Source of the DNA: Eledone cirrhosa | Lineage: Eukaryota | Direction: 5' to 3' | DNA length: 64,000 nt | NCBI GenBank assembly: GCA_964016885.1 | Contig: OZ024742.1 | Location: forward strand, 315,828,001-315,892,000 | Part shown: positions 44,301-62,300 of the stretch, piece after piece | Layout: each line of letters opens with the position of its first letter | How positions within the stretch are numbered: position 1 is the first letter of the stretch | Made by a program: the position numbers and the translations under genes | Notes under the pieces: model-generated | Told to the model about the DNA's origin: nothing | Database searches by the model: none | The model's input: the letters and a program-made list of their open reading frames with translations, nothing else

Positions 44301-47300
44301 TACTATATACACTACCTGGCCACAAACACCACCACTGGAAACATTACTATATACACTACCTGGCCACAATCACCACCACTGTAAACATTACTATATACAC
44401 TACCTGGCCACAATCACCACCTCTGGAAACATTACTATATACACTACCTGGCCACAATCACCACCACTGGAAACATTACTATATACAGTACCTGGCCACA
44501 ATCACCACCACTGGAAACATTACTATATACAGTACCTGGCCACAATCACCACCTCTGGAAACATTACTATATACAGTACCTGGCCACAATCACCACCACT
44601 GGATACATTACTATATACATTACCTGGCCACAATCACCACCACTGGAAACATTACTATATACAGTACCTGGCCACAATCACCACCACTGGAAACATTACT
44701 ATATACACTACCTGGCCACTATCACCACCACTGGAAACATTACTATATACAGTACCTGGCCACAATCACCACCTCTGGAAACATTACTATATACAGTACC
44801 TGGCCACAATCACCACCACTGGAAACATTACTATATACACTAGCTGGCCACATTCACCACCACTGGAAACATTACTATGTACAGTACCTGGCCACAATCA
44901 CCACCACTGGAAACAATACTATGTACAGTACCTGGCCACAATCACGACCACTGGATACATTACTATATACAGTATCTGGCCACAATCACCACCTCTGGAA
45001 ACATTACTATATACAGTATCTGGCCACAATCACCACCACTGGAAACATTACTATATACACTATCTGGCCACAATCACCACCACTGGAAACATTACTATAT
45101 ACAGTACCTGGCCACAATCACCACCACTGGATACATTACTATATACACTACCTGGCCACAATCACCACCACTGGAAACATTACTATATACAGTACCTGGC
45201 CACAATCACCACCACTGGAAACATTACTATATACAGTAGCTGGCCACAATCACCATCTCTGGAAACATTACTATATACACTACCTGGCCACAATCACCAC
45301 CACCGGAACCATTACTATATACACTACCTGCCCACAATCACCACCACTGGAAACATTACTATATACACTACCTGCCCACAATCACCACCACTGGAAACAT
45401 TACTATATACAGTACCTGGCCACAATCACCACCACTGGAAACATTACTATATACACTACCTGGCCACAATCACCACCACTGTAAACATTACTATATACAC
45501 TACCTGGCCACAATCACCACCTCTGGAAACATTACTATATACACTACCTGGCCACAATCACCACCACTGGAAACATTACTATATACAGTACCTGGCCACA
45601 ATCACCACCACTGGAAACATTACTATATACACTACCTGGCCACAATCACCACCACTGAAAACATTACTATATACACTACCTGGCCACAATCACCACCACT
45701 GAAAACATTACTATATACACTACCTGGCCACAATCACCACCACTGGAAACATTACTATATACACTACCTGGCCACAATCACCACCACTGTAAACATTACT
45801 ATATACACTACCTGGCCACAATCACCACCTCTGGAAACATTACTATATACACTACCTGGCCACAATCACCACCACTGGAAACATTACTATATACACTACC
45901 TGGCCACAATCACCACCACTGGAAACATTACTATATACAGTACCTGGCCACAATCACCACCACTGGAAACATTACTATATACACTACCTGCCCACAATCA
46001 CCACCACTGGAAACATTACTATATACACTACCTGCCCACAATCACCACCTCTGGAAACATTACTATATACACTACCTGGCCACAATCACCACCACTGGAA
46101 ACATTACTATATACAGTACCTGGCCACAATCACCACCACTGTAAACATTACTATATACACTACCTGGCCACAATCACCACCTCTGGAAACATTACTATAT
46201 ACACTACCTGGCCACAATCACCACCACTGGAAACATTACTATATACACTACCTGGCCACAATCACCACCACTGAAAACATTACTATATACAGTACCTGGC
46301 CACAATCACCAACTCTGGAAACATTACTATATACAGTACCTGGCCACAATTACCACCACTGGAAACATTTCTATATACACTACCTGGCCACAATCACCAC
46401 TACTGGAAACATTACTATATACAGTACCTGGCCACAATCACCACCACTGGAAACGTTACTCTATACAGTACCTGGCCACAATCACCCCCACTGGAAACAT
46501 TACTATATACACTACCTGGCCACAATCACCACCTCTGTAAACATTACTATATACACTACCTGGCCACAATCATCACCACCGGAAACATTACTATATACAC
46601 TACCTGGCCACAATCACCAGCACTGGAAACATTACTATATACACTATCTGGCCACAATCACCACGACTGGAAACGTTACTCTATACACTACCTGGCCACA
46701 ATCACCACCTCTGGAAACATTACTATATACACTATCTGGCCACAATCACCACCATTGGAAATATTACTATATACACTACTTGGCCACAATCATCACCACT
46801 AGAAACATTACTATATACACTACCTGGCCACAATCACCACCACTGGAAACATTACTATATACACTACCTGGCCACAATCACCACCTCTGGAAACATTACT
46901 ATATACACTACCTGGCCACAATCACCAGCTCTGGAAACATTACTATATACACTACCTGGCCACAATCAACACCTCTGGAAACATTACTATATACACTCCC
47001 TGGCCTCAATCACCAGCACTGGAAACATTACTATATACACTACCTGGCCACAATCACCACCTCTGGAAACATTACTATATACACTACCTGGCCACAATCA
47101 CCACCTCTGGAAACATTACTATATACACTACCAGGCCACAATCACCACCTCTGGAAACATTACTATATACATTACCTGGCCACAATCACCACCACTGGAA
47201 ACATTACTATATACACTACCTGGCCACAATCACCACCACTGGAAACATTACTATATACACTACCTGGCCACAATCACCACCACTGGAAACATTACTATAT

Positions 47301-50300
47301 ACAGTACCTGGCCACAATCACCACCACTGGAAACATTAATATATACACTACCTGGCCACAATCACCACCACTGGAAACATTACTATACACACTACCTGGC
47401 CACAATCACCACCACTGGAAACATTACTATATACAGTACCTGGCCACAATCACCACCACTGGAAACATTACTATATACACTACCTGGCCACAATCACACC
47501 TCTGGAAACATTACTATATACACTACCTGGCCACAATCACACCTCTGGAAACATTACTATATACACTACCTGGCCACAATCACACCTCTGGAAACATTAC
47601 TATATACAGTACCTGGCCACAATCACCACCGCTGGAAACATTACTATACACTCTACCTGGCCACAATCACCACCTCTGGAAACATTACTATATACACTAC
47701 CTGGCCACAATCAAGACCACTGGAAACATTACTCTATACACTACCTGGCCACAATCACCACCTCTGGAAACATTACTGCATACAGTACCTGGCCACAACC
47801 AGCACCACTGGAACATTGCTATATACACTATCTGGCCACAATCACCAGCACTGGAAACATTACTATATACACTACCTGGCCTCAATCACCACCACTGGAA
47901 ACATTACTATATACACTACCTGGCCACAATCACCACCACTGGAAACATTACTATATACACTACCTGGCCACAATCACCACCTCTGGAAACATTACTATAT
48001 ACAGTACCTGGCCACAATCACCACCACTGGAAATATTACTATATACAGTACCTGGCCACAATCACCACCACTGGAAATATTACTATATACACTACCTGGC
48101 CACAATCACCACCACTGGAAACATTACTATATACAGTACCTGGCCACAATCACCACCACTGGAAACATTACTATATACACTACCTGGCCACAATCACCAC
48201 CACTGGAAACATTACTATATACAATACCTGGCCACAATCACCACCACTGGAAACATTACTATATACACTACCTGGCCACAATCACCACCACTGGAAACAT
48301 TACTATATACACTACCTGGCCACAATCACCACCACTGGAAACATTACTATATACACTACCTGGCCACCATCACCACCACTGGAAACATTACTCTATACAC
48401 TACCTGGCCACAATCACCACCTCTGGAAACATTACTATATACACTACCTGGCCACAATCACCACCTCTGGAAACATTACTATATACACTAGCTGGCCACC
48501 ATCACCACCACTGGAAACATTACTCTATACACTACCTGGTCACAATCACCACCACTAGAAACATTACTATATACACTACCTGGCCACAATCACCACCACT
48601 GGAAACATTACTATATACACTACCTGGCCACAATCACCACCACTGGAAACATTACTATATACAGTACCTGGCCACAATCACCACCACTGGAAACATTACT
48701 ATATACAGTACCTGGCCACAATCACCACCACTGGAAACATTACTATATACAGTACCTGGCCACAATCATCACCACTGGAAACATTACTATATACACTACC
48801 TGGCCACAATCACCACCTCTGGAAACATTACTATATACACTACCTGGCCACAATCACCACCTCTGGAAACATTACTACATACAGTACCTGGCCACAATCA
48901 CCAGCACTGGAAACATTACTATATACACTACCTGGCCTCAATCACCACCACTGGAAACATTACTATATACAGTACCTGGCCACAATCACCAGCACTGGAA
49001 ACATTATTATATACAGTACCTGGCCACAATCACCACCACTGGAAACATTACTATATACACTACCTGGCCACAATCACCACCACTGGAAATATTACTATAT
49101 ACAGTACCTGGCCACAATCACCACCACTGGAAACATTACTATATACACTACCTGGTCACAATCACCACCACTGGAAACATTACTATATACACTACCTGGC
49201 CACAATCACCACCACTGGAAACTTACTATATGCACTACCTGGCCACAATCACCACCACTGGAAACATTACTATATACAGTACCTGGCCACAATCACCACC
49301 ACAGGAAACATTACTATATACACTACCTGGCCACAATCACCACCACTGGAAATATTACTATATACAATACCTGGCCACAATCACCACCACTGGAAACATT
49401 ACTTTATACACTACCTGGCCACAATCACCACCACTGGAAACATTACTATATACACTACCTGGCCACAATCACCACCACTGGAAACATTACTATATACACT
49501 ACCTGGCCACAATCACCACCACTGGAAACATTACTATATACAATACCTAGCCACAATCACCACCACTGGAAACATTACTATATACACTACCTGGTCACAA
49601 TCACCACCACTGGAAACATTACTATATACACTACCTAGCCACAATCACCACCACTGGAAACATTACTATATACACTACCTGGCCACAATCACCACCACTG
49701 GAAACATTACTATATACAGTACCTGGCCACAATCATCACCTCTGGAAACATTACTATATACACTACCTGGCCACAATCACCACCACTGGAAACATTACTA
49801 TATACACTACCTGGCCACAATCACCACCACTGGAAATATTACTATATACACTACCTGGCCACAATCACCACCACTGGAAACATTACTATATACACTACCT
49901 GGCCACAATCACCACCACTGGAAACATTACTATATACACTACCTGGCCACAATCACCACCACTGGAAACATTACTATATACAATACCTAGCCACAATCAC
50001 CACCACTGGAAACATTACTATATACAATACCTGGCCACAATCACCACCACTGGAAACATTACTATATACAGTACCTGGCCACAATCACCACCACTGGAAG
50101 TATTACTATATACAATACCCGGCCACAATCACCACCACTGGAAACATTACTATATACACTACCTGGCCACAATCACCACCACTGGAAACATTACTATATA
50201 CACTACCTGGCCACAATCACACCTCTGGAAACATTACTATATACACTACCTGGCCACAATCACCACCACTGGAAACATTACTATATACAGTAGCTGGCCA

Positions 50301-53300
50301 CAATCACCACCACTGGAAACATTACTATATACACTACCTGGCCACAATCAACACCTCTGGAAACTTTACTATATACAGTACCTGTCCACAATCACCACCA
50401 CTGGAAACATTACTATATACACTACCTGGCCACAATCACCACCACTGGAAAGATTACTATATACACTACCTGGCCACAATCACCACCACTGGAAAGATTA
50501 CTATATACACTACCTGGCCACAATCACCACCTCTGGAAACATTACTATATGCAGTACCTGGCCACAATCACCACCACTGGAAACATTACTATATACAGTA
50601 CCTGGCCACAATCACCACCACTGGAAACAATACTATGTACAGTACCTGGCCACAATCACGACCACTGGATACATTACTATATACACTACCTGGCCACAAT
50701 CACCACCACTGGAAACATTACTATTTACACTACCTGGCCACAATCACCACCACCGGAAACATTACTATATACACTACCTGGCCACAATCACCACCACTGG
50801 AAACATTACTATTTACACTACGTGGCCACAATCACCACCTCTGGAAACATTACTATATACAGTATCTGGCCACAATCACCACCACTGGAAACATTACTAT
50901 GTACAGTACCTGGCCACAATCACGACCACTGGATACATTACTATATACACTACCTGGCCACAATCACCACCACTGGAAACATTACTATTTACACTACCTG
51001 GCCACAATCACCACCACCGGAAACATTACTATATACACTACCTGGCCACAATCACCACCACTGGAAACATTACTATATACACTACCTGGCCACCATCACC
51101 ACCACTGGAAACATTACTCTATACACTACCTGGCCACAATCACCACCTCTGGAAACATTACTATATACACTACCTGGCCACAATCACCACCTCTGGAAAC
51201 ATTACTATATACACTACCTGGCCACCATCACCACCACTGGAAACATTACTCTATACACTACCTGGTCACAATCACCACCACTAGAAACATTACTATATAC
51301 ACTACCTGGCCACAATCACCACCACTGGAAACATTACTATATACACTACCTGGCCACAATCACCACCACTGGAAACATTACTATATACAGTACCTGGCCA
51401 CAATCACCACCACTGGAAACATTACTATATACAGTACCTGGCCACAATCACCACCACTGGAAACATTACTATATACAGTACCTGGCCACAATCATCACCA
51501 CTGGAAACATTACTATATACACTACCTGGCCACAATCACCACCTCTGGAAACATTACTATATACACTACCTGGCCACAATCACCACCTCTGGAAACATTA
51601 CTACATACAGTACCTGGCCACAATCACCAGCACTGGAAACATTACTATATACAGTACCTGGCCTCAATCACCACCACTGGAAACATTACTATATACAGTA
51701 CCTGGCCACAATCACCAGCACTGGAAACATTATTATATACAGTACCTGGCCACAATCACCACCACTGGAAACATTACTATATACACTACCTGGCCACAAT
51801 CACCACCACTGGAAATATTACTATATACAGTACCTGGCCACAATCACCACCACTGGAAACATTACTATATACACTACCTGGTCACAATCACCACCACTGG
51901 AAACATTACTATATACACTACCTGGCCACAATCACCACCACTGGAAACTTACTATATGCACTACCTGGCCACAATCACCACCACTGGAAACATTACTATA
52001 TACAGTACCTGGCCACAATCACCACCACTGGAAACATTACTATATACACTACCTGGCCACAATCACCACCACTGGAAACATTACTATATACAGTACCTGG
52101 CCACAATCACCACCACTGGAAACATTACTATATACACTACCTGGCCACAATCACCACCACTGGAAACATTACTATATACAGTACCTGGCCACAATCACCA
52201 CCACTGGAAATATTACTATATACAATACCTGGCCACAATCACCACCACTGGAAACATTACTTTATACACTACCTGGCCACAATCACCACCACTGGAAACA
52301 TTACTATATACACTACCTGGCCACAATCACCACCACTGGAAACATTACTATATACACTACCTGGCCACAATCACCACCACTGGAAACATTACTATATACA
52401 GTACCTGGCCATAATCACCACCACTGGAAATATTACTATATACACTACCTGGCCACAATCACCACCACTGGAAACATTACTATATACACTACCTGGCCAC
52501 AATCACCACCACTGGAAACATTACTATATACACTACCTGGCCACAATCACCACCACTGGAAACATTACTATATACAATACCTAGCCACAATCACCACCAC
52601 TGGAAACATTACTATATACAATACCTGGCCACAATCACCACCACTGGAAACATTACTATATACAGTACCTGGCAACAATCACCACCACTGGAAGCATTAC
52701 TATATACAATACCCGGCCACAATCACCACCACTGGAAACATTACTATATACACTACCTGGCCACAATCACCACCACTGGAAACATTACTATATACACTAC
52801 CTGGCCACAATCACACCTCTGGAAACATTACTATATACACTACCTGGCCACAATCACCACCACTGGAAACATTACTATATACAGTAGCTGGCCACAATCA
52901 CCACCACTGGAAACATTACTATATACACTACCTGGCCACAATCAACACCTCTGGAAACTTTACTATATACAGTACCTGTCCACAATCACCACCACTGGAA
53001 ACATTACTATATACACTACCTGGCCACAATCACCACCACTGGAAAGATTACTATATACACTACCTGGCCACAATCACCACCACTGGAAAGATTACTATAT
53101 ACACTACCTGGCCACAATCACCACCTCTGGAAACATTACTATATGCAGTACCTGGCCACAATCACCACCACTGGAAACATTACTATATACAGTACCTGGC
53201 CACAATCACCACCACTGGAAACAATACTATGTACAGTACCTGGCCACAATCACGACCACTGGATACATTACTATATACACTACGTGGCCACAATCACCAC

Positions 53301-56300
53301 CTCTGGAAACATTACTATATACAGTATCTGGCCACAATCACCACCACTGGAAACATTACTATGTACAGTACCTGGCCACAATCACGACCACTGGATACAT
53401 TACTATATACACTACCTGGCCACAATCACCACCACTGGAAACATTACTATTTACACTACCTGGCCACAATCACCACCACCGGAAACATTACTATATACAC
53501 TACCTGGCCACAATCACCACTACCGGAAACATTACTATATACACTACCTGGCCACAATCACCACCACTGGAAACATTACTATATACAGTACCTGGCCACA
53601 ATCACCACCACTGGAAACATTACTATATACAGTACCTGGCCACAATCACCACCACTGGAAAGATTACTATATACACTACCTGGCCACAATCACCACCTCT
53701 GGAAACATTACTATATGCAGTACCTGGCCACAATCACCACCACTGGAAACATTACTATATACAGTACCTGGCCACAATCACCACCACTGGAAACAATACT
53801 ATGTACAGTACCTGGCCACAATCACGACCACTGGATACATTACTATATACACTACGTGGCCACAATCACCACCTCTGGAAACATTACTATATACAGTATC
53901 TGGCCACAATCACCACCACTGGAAACATTACTATGTACAGTACCTGGCCACAATCACGACCACTGGATACATTACTATATACACTACCTGGCCACAATCA
54001 CCACCACTGGAAACATTACTATTTACACTACCTGGCCACAATCACCACCACCGGAAACATTACTATATACACTACCTGGCCACAATCACCACTACCGGAA
54101 ACATTACTATATACACTACCTGGCCACAATCACCACCACTGGAAACATTACTATATACAGTACCTGGCCACAATCACCACCACTGGAAACATTACTATAT
54201 ACAGTACCTGGCCACAATCACCACCACTGGAAACATTACTATTTACACTACCTGGCCACAATCACCACCACCGGAAACATTACTATATACACTACCTGGC
54301 CACAATCACCACCTCTGGAAACATTACTATATACAGTACCTGGCCACAATCACCACCACTGGAAACATTACTATATACACTACCTGGTCACAATCACCAC
54401 CACTGGAAACATTACTATATACAGTACCTGGCCACAATCACCACCACTGGAAACATTACTATATACAGTACCTGGCCACAATCACCACCACTGGAAACAT
54501 TACTATATACAGTACCTGGCCACAATCACCACCACTGGAAACATTACTATATACAGTACATGGCCACAATCACCACCACCGGAAACATTACTATATACAC
54601 TACCTGGCCACAATCACCACCACTGGAAACATTACTATATACAGTAGCTGGCCACAATCACCACCCCTGGAAACATTACTATATACACTACCTGGCCACA
54701 ATCACCACCACTGGAAACATTACTATATACACTACCTGGACACAATCACCCCCACTGGAAACATTACTATATACACTACCCGGCCACAATCACCACCTCT
54801 GGAAACATTACTATATACACTACCTGGCAACAATCACCACCACTGGAAACATTACTATATACACTACCTGGCCACAATCACCACCTCTGGAAACATTACT
54901 ATATACACTATCTGGCCACAATCACCACCACTGGAAACATTACTATATACACTACCTGGCCACAATCACCACCACTGGAAACATTACTATATACATTACC
55001 TGGCCACAATCACCACCACTGGAAACGTTACTCTATACACTATCTGGCCACAATCACCACCACTGGAAACATTACTATATACACTACCTGGCTACAATCA
55101 CCACCACTGGAAACATTACTATATACAGTATCTGGCCACAATCACCACCAATGGACACATTACTATATACAGTACCTGGCCACAACCACCACCTCTGGAA
55201 AGATTACTATATACAGTCCCTGGCCACAATCACCAGCTCTGGAAACATTACTATATACACTATCTGGCCACAATACCACTGGAAACATTACTATATACAC
55301 TACCTGGCAACAATCACCACCTCTGGAAATATTACTATATACACTACCTGGCCACAATCACCACCACTGGAAACATTACTATATACACTACCTGGCCACA
55401 ATCACCACCACTGGAAACATTACTATATACACTACCTGGCCACAATCACCACCACTGGAAACATTACTATATACAGTACCTGGCCACAATCATCACCTCT
55501 GGAAACATTACTATATACACTACCTGGCCACAATCACCACCACTGGAAACATTACTATATACACTACCTGGCCACAATCACCACCACCACTGGAAACATT
55601 ACTATATACACTACCTGGCCACAATCACCACCACTGGAAACATTACTATATACACTACCTGGCAACAATCACCACCTCTGGAAATATTACTATATACACT
55701 ACCTGGCCACAATCACCACCACTGGAAACATTACTATATACACTACCTGGCCACAATCACCACCACTGGAAACAATACTATGTACAGAACCTGGCCACAA
55801 TCACCACCACTGGAAACATTACTATATACAGTATCTGGCCACAATCACCACCACTGGAAATATTACTGTATACACTACCTGGCCACAATCACCACCACTG
55901 GAAACATGACTATATACACTACCTAGCCAGAATCATCACCACTGGAAACATTACAATATACACTACCTGGCCACTATCACCACCACCGGAAACATTACTA
56001 TATACACTACCTGGCCACTATCACCACCACTGGAAACATTACTATATACAGTACCTGGCCACAATCACCACCACTGGAAACATTACTATATACAGTACCT
56101 GACCACAATCACCACCACTGGAAATATTACTATATACAGTACCTGGCCACAATCACCACCTCTGGAAACATTACTATATACACTACCTGGCCACAATCAC
56201 CACCACTGGAAACATTACTATATACACTACCTGGCCACAATCACCACCACCGGAAACATTACTATATACACTACCAGGCCACTATCACCACCACTGGAAA

Positions 56301-59300
56301 CATTACTATATACACTACCTGGCCACAATCACCACCACTGGAAACATTACTATATACACTACCTGGCCACAATCACCACCACTGGAAACATTACTATATA
56401 CAGTACCTGGCCACAATCACCACCACTGGAAACATTACTATATACACTACCTGGCCACAATCACCACCACCGGAAACATTACTATATACACTACCTGGCC
56501 ACAATCACCACCACTGGAAACATTACTATATACAGTACCTGGCCACAATCACCACCACCGGAAACATTACTATATACACTACCTGGCCACAATCACCACC
56601 TCTGGAAACATTACTATATACACTACCTGGCCACAATCACCACCACCGGAAACATTACTATATACACTACCTGGCCACAATCACCAGCACTGGAAACATT
56701 ACTATATACACTACCTGGCCACAATCACCACCACTGGAAACATTACTATATACACTACCTGGCCACAAACACCACCACTGGAAACATTACTATATACACT
56801 ACCTGGCCACAATTACCACCACTGTAAACATTACTATATACACTACCTGGCCACAATCACCACCTCTGGAAACATTACTATATACACTACCTGGCCACAA
56901 TCACCACCACTGGAAACATTACTATATACAGTACCTGGCCACAATCACCACCACTGGAAACATTACTATATACAGTACCTGGCCACAATCACCACCTCTG
57001 GAAACATTACTATATACAGTACCTGGCCACAATCACCACCACTGGATACATTACTATATACATTACCTGGCCACAATCACCACCACTGGAAACATTACTA
57101 TATACAGTACCTGGCCACAATCACCACCACTGGAAACATTACTATATACACTACCTGGCCACTATCACCACCACTGGAAACATTACTATATACACTACCT
57201 GGCCACATTCACCACCACTGGAAACATTACTATGTACAGTACCTGGCCACAATCACCACCACTGGAAACAATACTATGTACAGTACCTGGCCACAATCAC
57301 GACCACTGGATACATTACTATATACAGTATCTGGCCACAATCACCACCTCTGGAAACATTACTATATACAGTATCTGGCCACAATCACCACCACTGGAAA
57401 CATTACTATATACACTATCTGGCCACAATCACCACCACTGGAAACATTACTATATACAGTACCTGGCCACAATCACCACCACTGGATACATTACTATATA
57501 CACTACCTGGCCACAATCACCACCACTGGAAACATTACTATATACAGTACCTGGCCACAATCACCACCACTGGAAACATTACTATATACAGTAGCTGGCC
57601 ACAATCACCACCTCTGGAAACATTACTATATACACTACCTGGCCACAATCACCACCACCGGAACCATTACTATATACACTACCTGGCCACAATCACCACC
57701 ACTGGAAACATTACTATATACACTACCTGCCCACAATCACCACCACTGGAAACATTACTATATACAGTACCTGGCCACAATCACCACCACTGGAAACATT
57801 ACTATATAGACTACCTGGCCACAATCACCACCACTGGAAATATTACTATATACAGTACCTGGCCACAATCACCACCACTGGAAACATTACTATATACACT
57901 ACCTGGTCACAATCACCACCACTGGAAACATTACTATATACACTACCTGGCCACAATCACCACCACTGGAAACTTACTATATGCACTACCTGGCCACAAT
58001 CACCACCACTGGAAACATTACTATATACAGTACCTGGCCACAATCACCACCACTGGAAACATTACTATATACACTACCTGGCCACAATCACCACCACTGG
58101 AAACATTACTATATACACTACCTGGCCACAATCACCACCACTGGAAACATTACTATATACAGTACCTGGCCACAATCACCACCACTGGAAACATTACTAT
58201 ATACACTACCTGGCCACAATCACCACCACCGGAAACATTACTATATACACTACCTGGCCACAATCACCACCACTGGAAACATTACTATATACAGTACCTG
58301 GCCACAATCACCACCACCGGAAACATTAATATATACACTACCTGGCCACAATCACCACCTCTGGAAACATTACTATATACACTACCTGGCCACAATCACC
58401 ACCACCGGAAACATTACTATATACACTACCTGGCCACAATCACCAGCACTGGAAACATTACTATATACACTACCTGGCCACAATCACCACCACTGGAAAC
58501 ATTACTATATACACTACCTGGCCACAAACACCACCACTGGAAACATTACTATATACACTACCTGGCCACAATTACCACCACTGTAAACATTACTATATAC
58601 ACTACCTGGCCACAATCACCACCTCTGGAAACATTACTATATACACTACCTGGCCACAATCACCACCACTGGAAACATTACTATATACAGTACCTGGCCA
58701 CAATCACCACCACTGGAAACATTACTATATACAGTACCTGGCCACAATCACCACCTCTGGAAACATTACTATATACAGTACCTGGCCACAATCACCACCA
58801 CTGGATACATTACTATATACATTACCTGGCCACAATCACCACCACTGGAAACATTACTATATACAGTACCTGGCCACAATCACCACCACTGGAAACATTA
58901 CTATATACACTACCTGGCCACTATCACCACCACTGGAAACATTACTATATACACTACCTGGCCACATTCACCACCACTGGAAACATTACTATGTACAGTA
59001 CCTGGCCACAATCACCACCACTGGAAACAATACTATGTACAGTACCTGGCCACAATCACGACCACTGGATACATTACTATATACAGTATCTGGCCACAAT
59101 CACCACCTCTGGAAACATTACTATATACAGTATCTGGCCACAATCACCACCACTGGAAACATTACTATATACACTATCTGGCCACAATCACCACCACTGG
59201 AAACATTACTATATACAGTACCTGGCCACAATCACCACCACTGGATACATTACTATATACACTACCTGGCCACAATCACCACCACTGGAAACATTACTAT

Positions 59301-62300
59301 ATACAGTACCTGGCCACAATCACCACCACTGGAAACATTACTATATACAGTAGCTGGCCACAATCACCACCTCTGGAAACATTACTATATACACTACCTG
59401 GCCACAATCACCACCACCGGAACCATTACTATATACACTACCTGGCCACAATCACCACCACTGGAAACATTACTATATACACTACCTGCCCACAATCACC
59501 ACCACTGGAAACATTACTATATACAGTACCTGGCCACAATCACCACCACTGGAAACATTACTATATACACTACCTTGCCACAATCACCACCACTGTAAAC
59601 ATTACTATATACACTACCTGGCCACAATCACCACCTCTGGAAACATTACTATATACACTACCTGGCCACAATCACCACCACTGGAAACATTACTATATAC
59701 AGTACCTGGCCACAATCACCACCACTGGAAACATTACTATATACACTACCTGGCCACAATCACCACCACTGGAAACATTACTATATACACTACCTGGCCA
59801 CAATCACCACCACTGAAAACATTACTATATACAGTACCTGGCCACAATCACCAACTCTGGAAACATTACTATATACAGTACCTGGCCACAATTACCACCA
59901 CTGGAAGCATTTCTATATACACTACCTGGCCACAATCACCACTACTGGAAACATTACTATATACAGTACCTGGCCACAATCACCACCACTGGAAACGTTA
60001 CTCTATACAGTACCTGGCCACAATCACCAACTCTGGAAACATTACTATATACAGTACCTGGCCACAATTACCACCACTGGAAACATTTCTATATACACTA
60101 CCTGGCCACAATCACCACCACTGGAAACATTACTATATACAGTACCTGGCCACAATCACCACCACTGGAAACATTACTATATACAGTACCTGGCCACAAT
60201 CACCACCACTGGAAACAATACTATGTACAGTACCTGGCCACAATCACGACCACTGGATACATTACTATATACACTACCTGGCCACAATCACCACCACTGG
60301 AAACATTACTATTTACACTACCTGGCCACAATCACCACCACCGGAAACATTACTATATACACTACCTGGCCACAATCACCACCACTGGAAACATTACTAT
60401 TTACACTACGTGGCCACAATCACCACCTCTGGAAACATTACTATATACAGTATCTGGCCACAATCACCACCACTGGAAACATTACTATGTACAGTACCTG
60501 GCCACAATCACGACCACTGGATACATTACTATATACACTACCTGGCCACAATCACCACCACTGGAAACATTACTATTTACACTACCTGGCCACAATCACC
60601 ACCACCGGAAACATTACTATATACACTACCTGGCCACAATCACCACCACTGGAAACATTACTATATACACTACCTGGCCACCATCACCACCACTGGAAGC
60701 ATTACTCTATACACTACCTGGCCACAATCACCACCTCTGGAAACATTACTATATACACTACCTGGCCACAATCACCACCTCTGGAAACATTACTATATAC
60801 ACTACCTGGCCACCATCACCACCACTGGAAACATTACTCTATACACTACCTGGTCACAATCACCACCACTAGAAACATTACTATATACACTACCTGGCCA
60901 CAATCACCACCACTGGAAACATTACTATATACACTACCTGGCCACAATCACCACCACTGGAAACATTACTATATACAGTACCTGGCCACAATCACCACCA
61001 CTGGAAACATTACTATATACAGTACCTGGCCACAATCACCACCACTGGAAACATTACTATATACAGTACCTGGCCACAATCATCACCACTGGAAACATTA
61101 CTATATACACTACCTGGCCACAATCACCACCTCTGGAAACATTACTATATACACTACCTGGCCACAATCACCACCTCTGGAAACATTACTACATACAGTA
61201 CCTGGCCACAATCACCAGCACTGGAAACATTACTATATACAGTACCTGGCCTCAATCACCACCACTGGAAACATTACTATATACAGTACCTGGCCACAAT
61301 CACCAGCACTGGAAACATTATTATATACAGTACCTGGCCACAATCACCACCACTGGAAACATTACTATATACACTACCTGGCCACAATCACCACCACTGG
61401 AAATATTACTATATACAGTACCTGGCCACAATCACCACCACTGGAAACATTACTATATACACTACCTGGTCACAATCACCACCACTGGAAACATTACTAT
61501 ATACACTACCTGGCCACAATCACCACCACTGGAAACTTACTATATGCACTACCTGGCCACAATCACCACCACTGGAAACATTACTATATACAGTACCTGG
61601 CCACAATCACCACCACTGGAAACATTACTATATACACTACCTGGCCACAATCACCACCACTGGAAACATTACTATATACAGTACCTGGCCACAATCACCA
61701 CCACTGGAAACATTACTATATACACTACCTGGCCACAATCACCACCACTGGAAACATTACTATATACAGTACCTGGCCACAATCACCACCACTGGAAATA
61801 TTACTATATACAATACCTGGCCACAATCACCACCACTGGAAACATTACTTTATACACTACCTGGCCACAATCACCACCACTGGAAACATTACTATATACA
61901 CTACCTGGCCACAATCACCACCACTGGAAACATTACTATATACACTACCTGGCCACAATCACCACCACTGGAAACATTACTATATACAGTACCTGGCCAT
62001 AATCACCACCACTGGAAATATTACTATATACACTACCTGGCCACAATCACCACCACTGGAAACATTACTATATACACTACCTGGCCACAATCACCACCAC
62101 TGGAAACATTACTATATACACTACCTGGCCACAATCACCACCACTGGAAACATTACTATATACAATACCTAGCCACAATCACCACCACTGGAAACATTAC
62201 TATATACAATACCTGGCCACAATCACCACCACTGGAAACATTACTATATACAGTACCTGGCCACAATCACCACCACTGGAAGCATTACTATATACAATAC

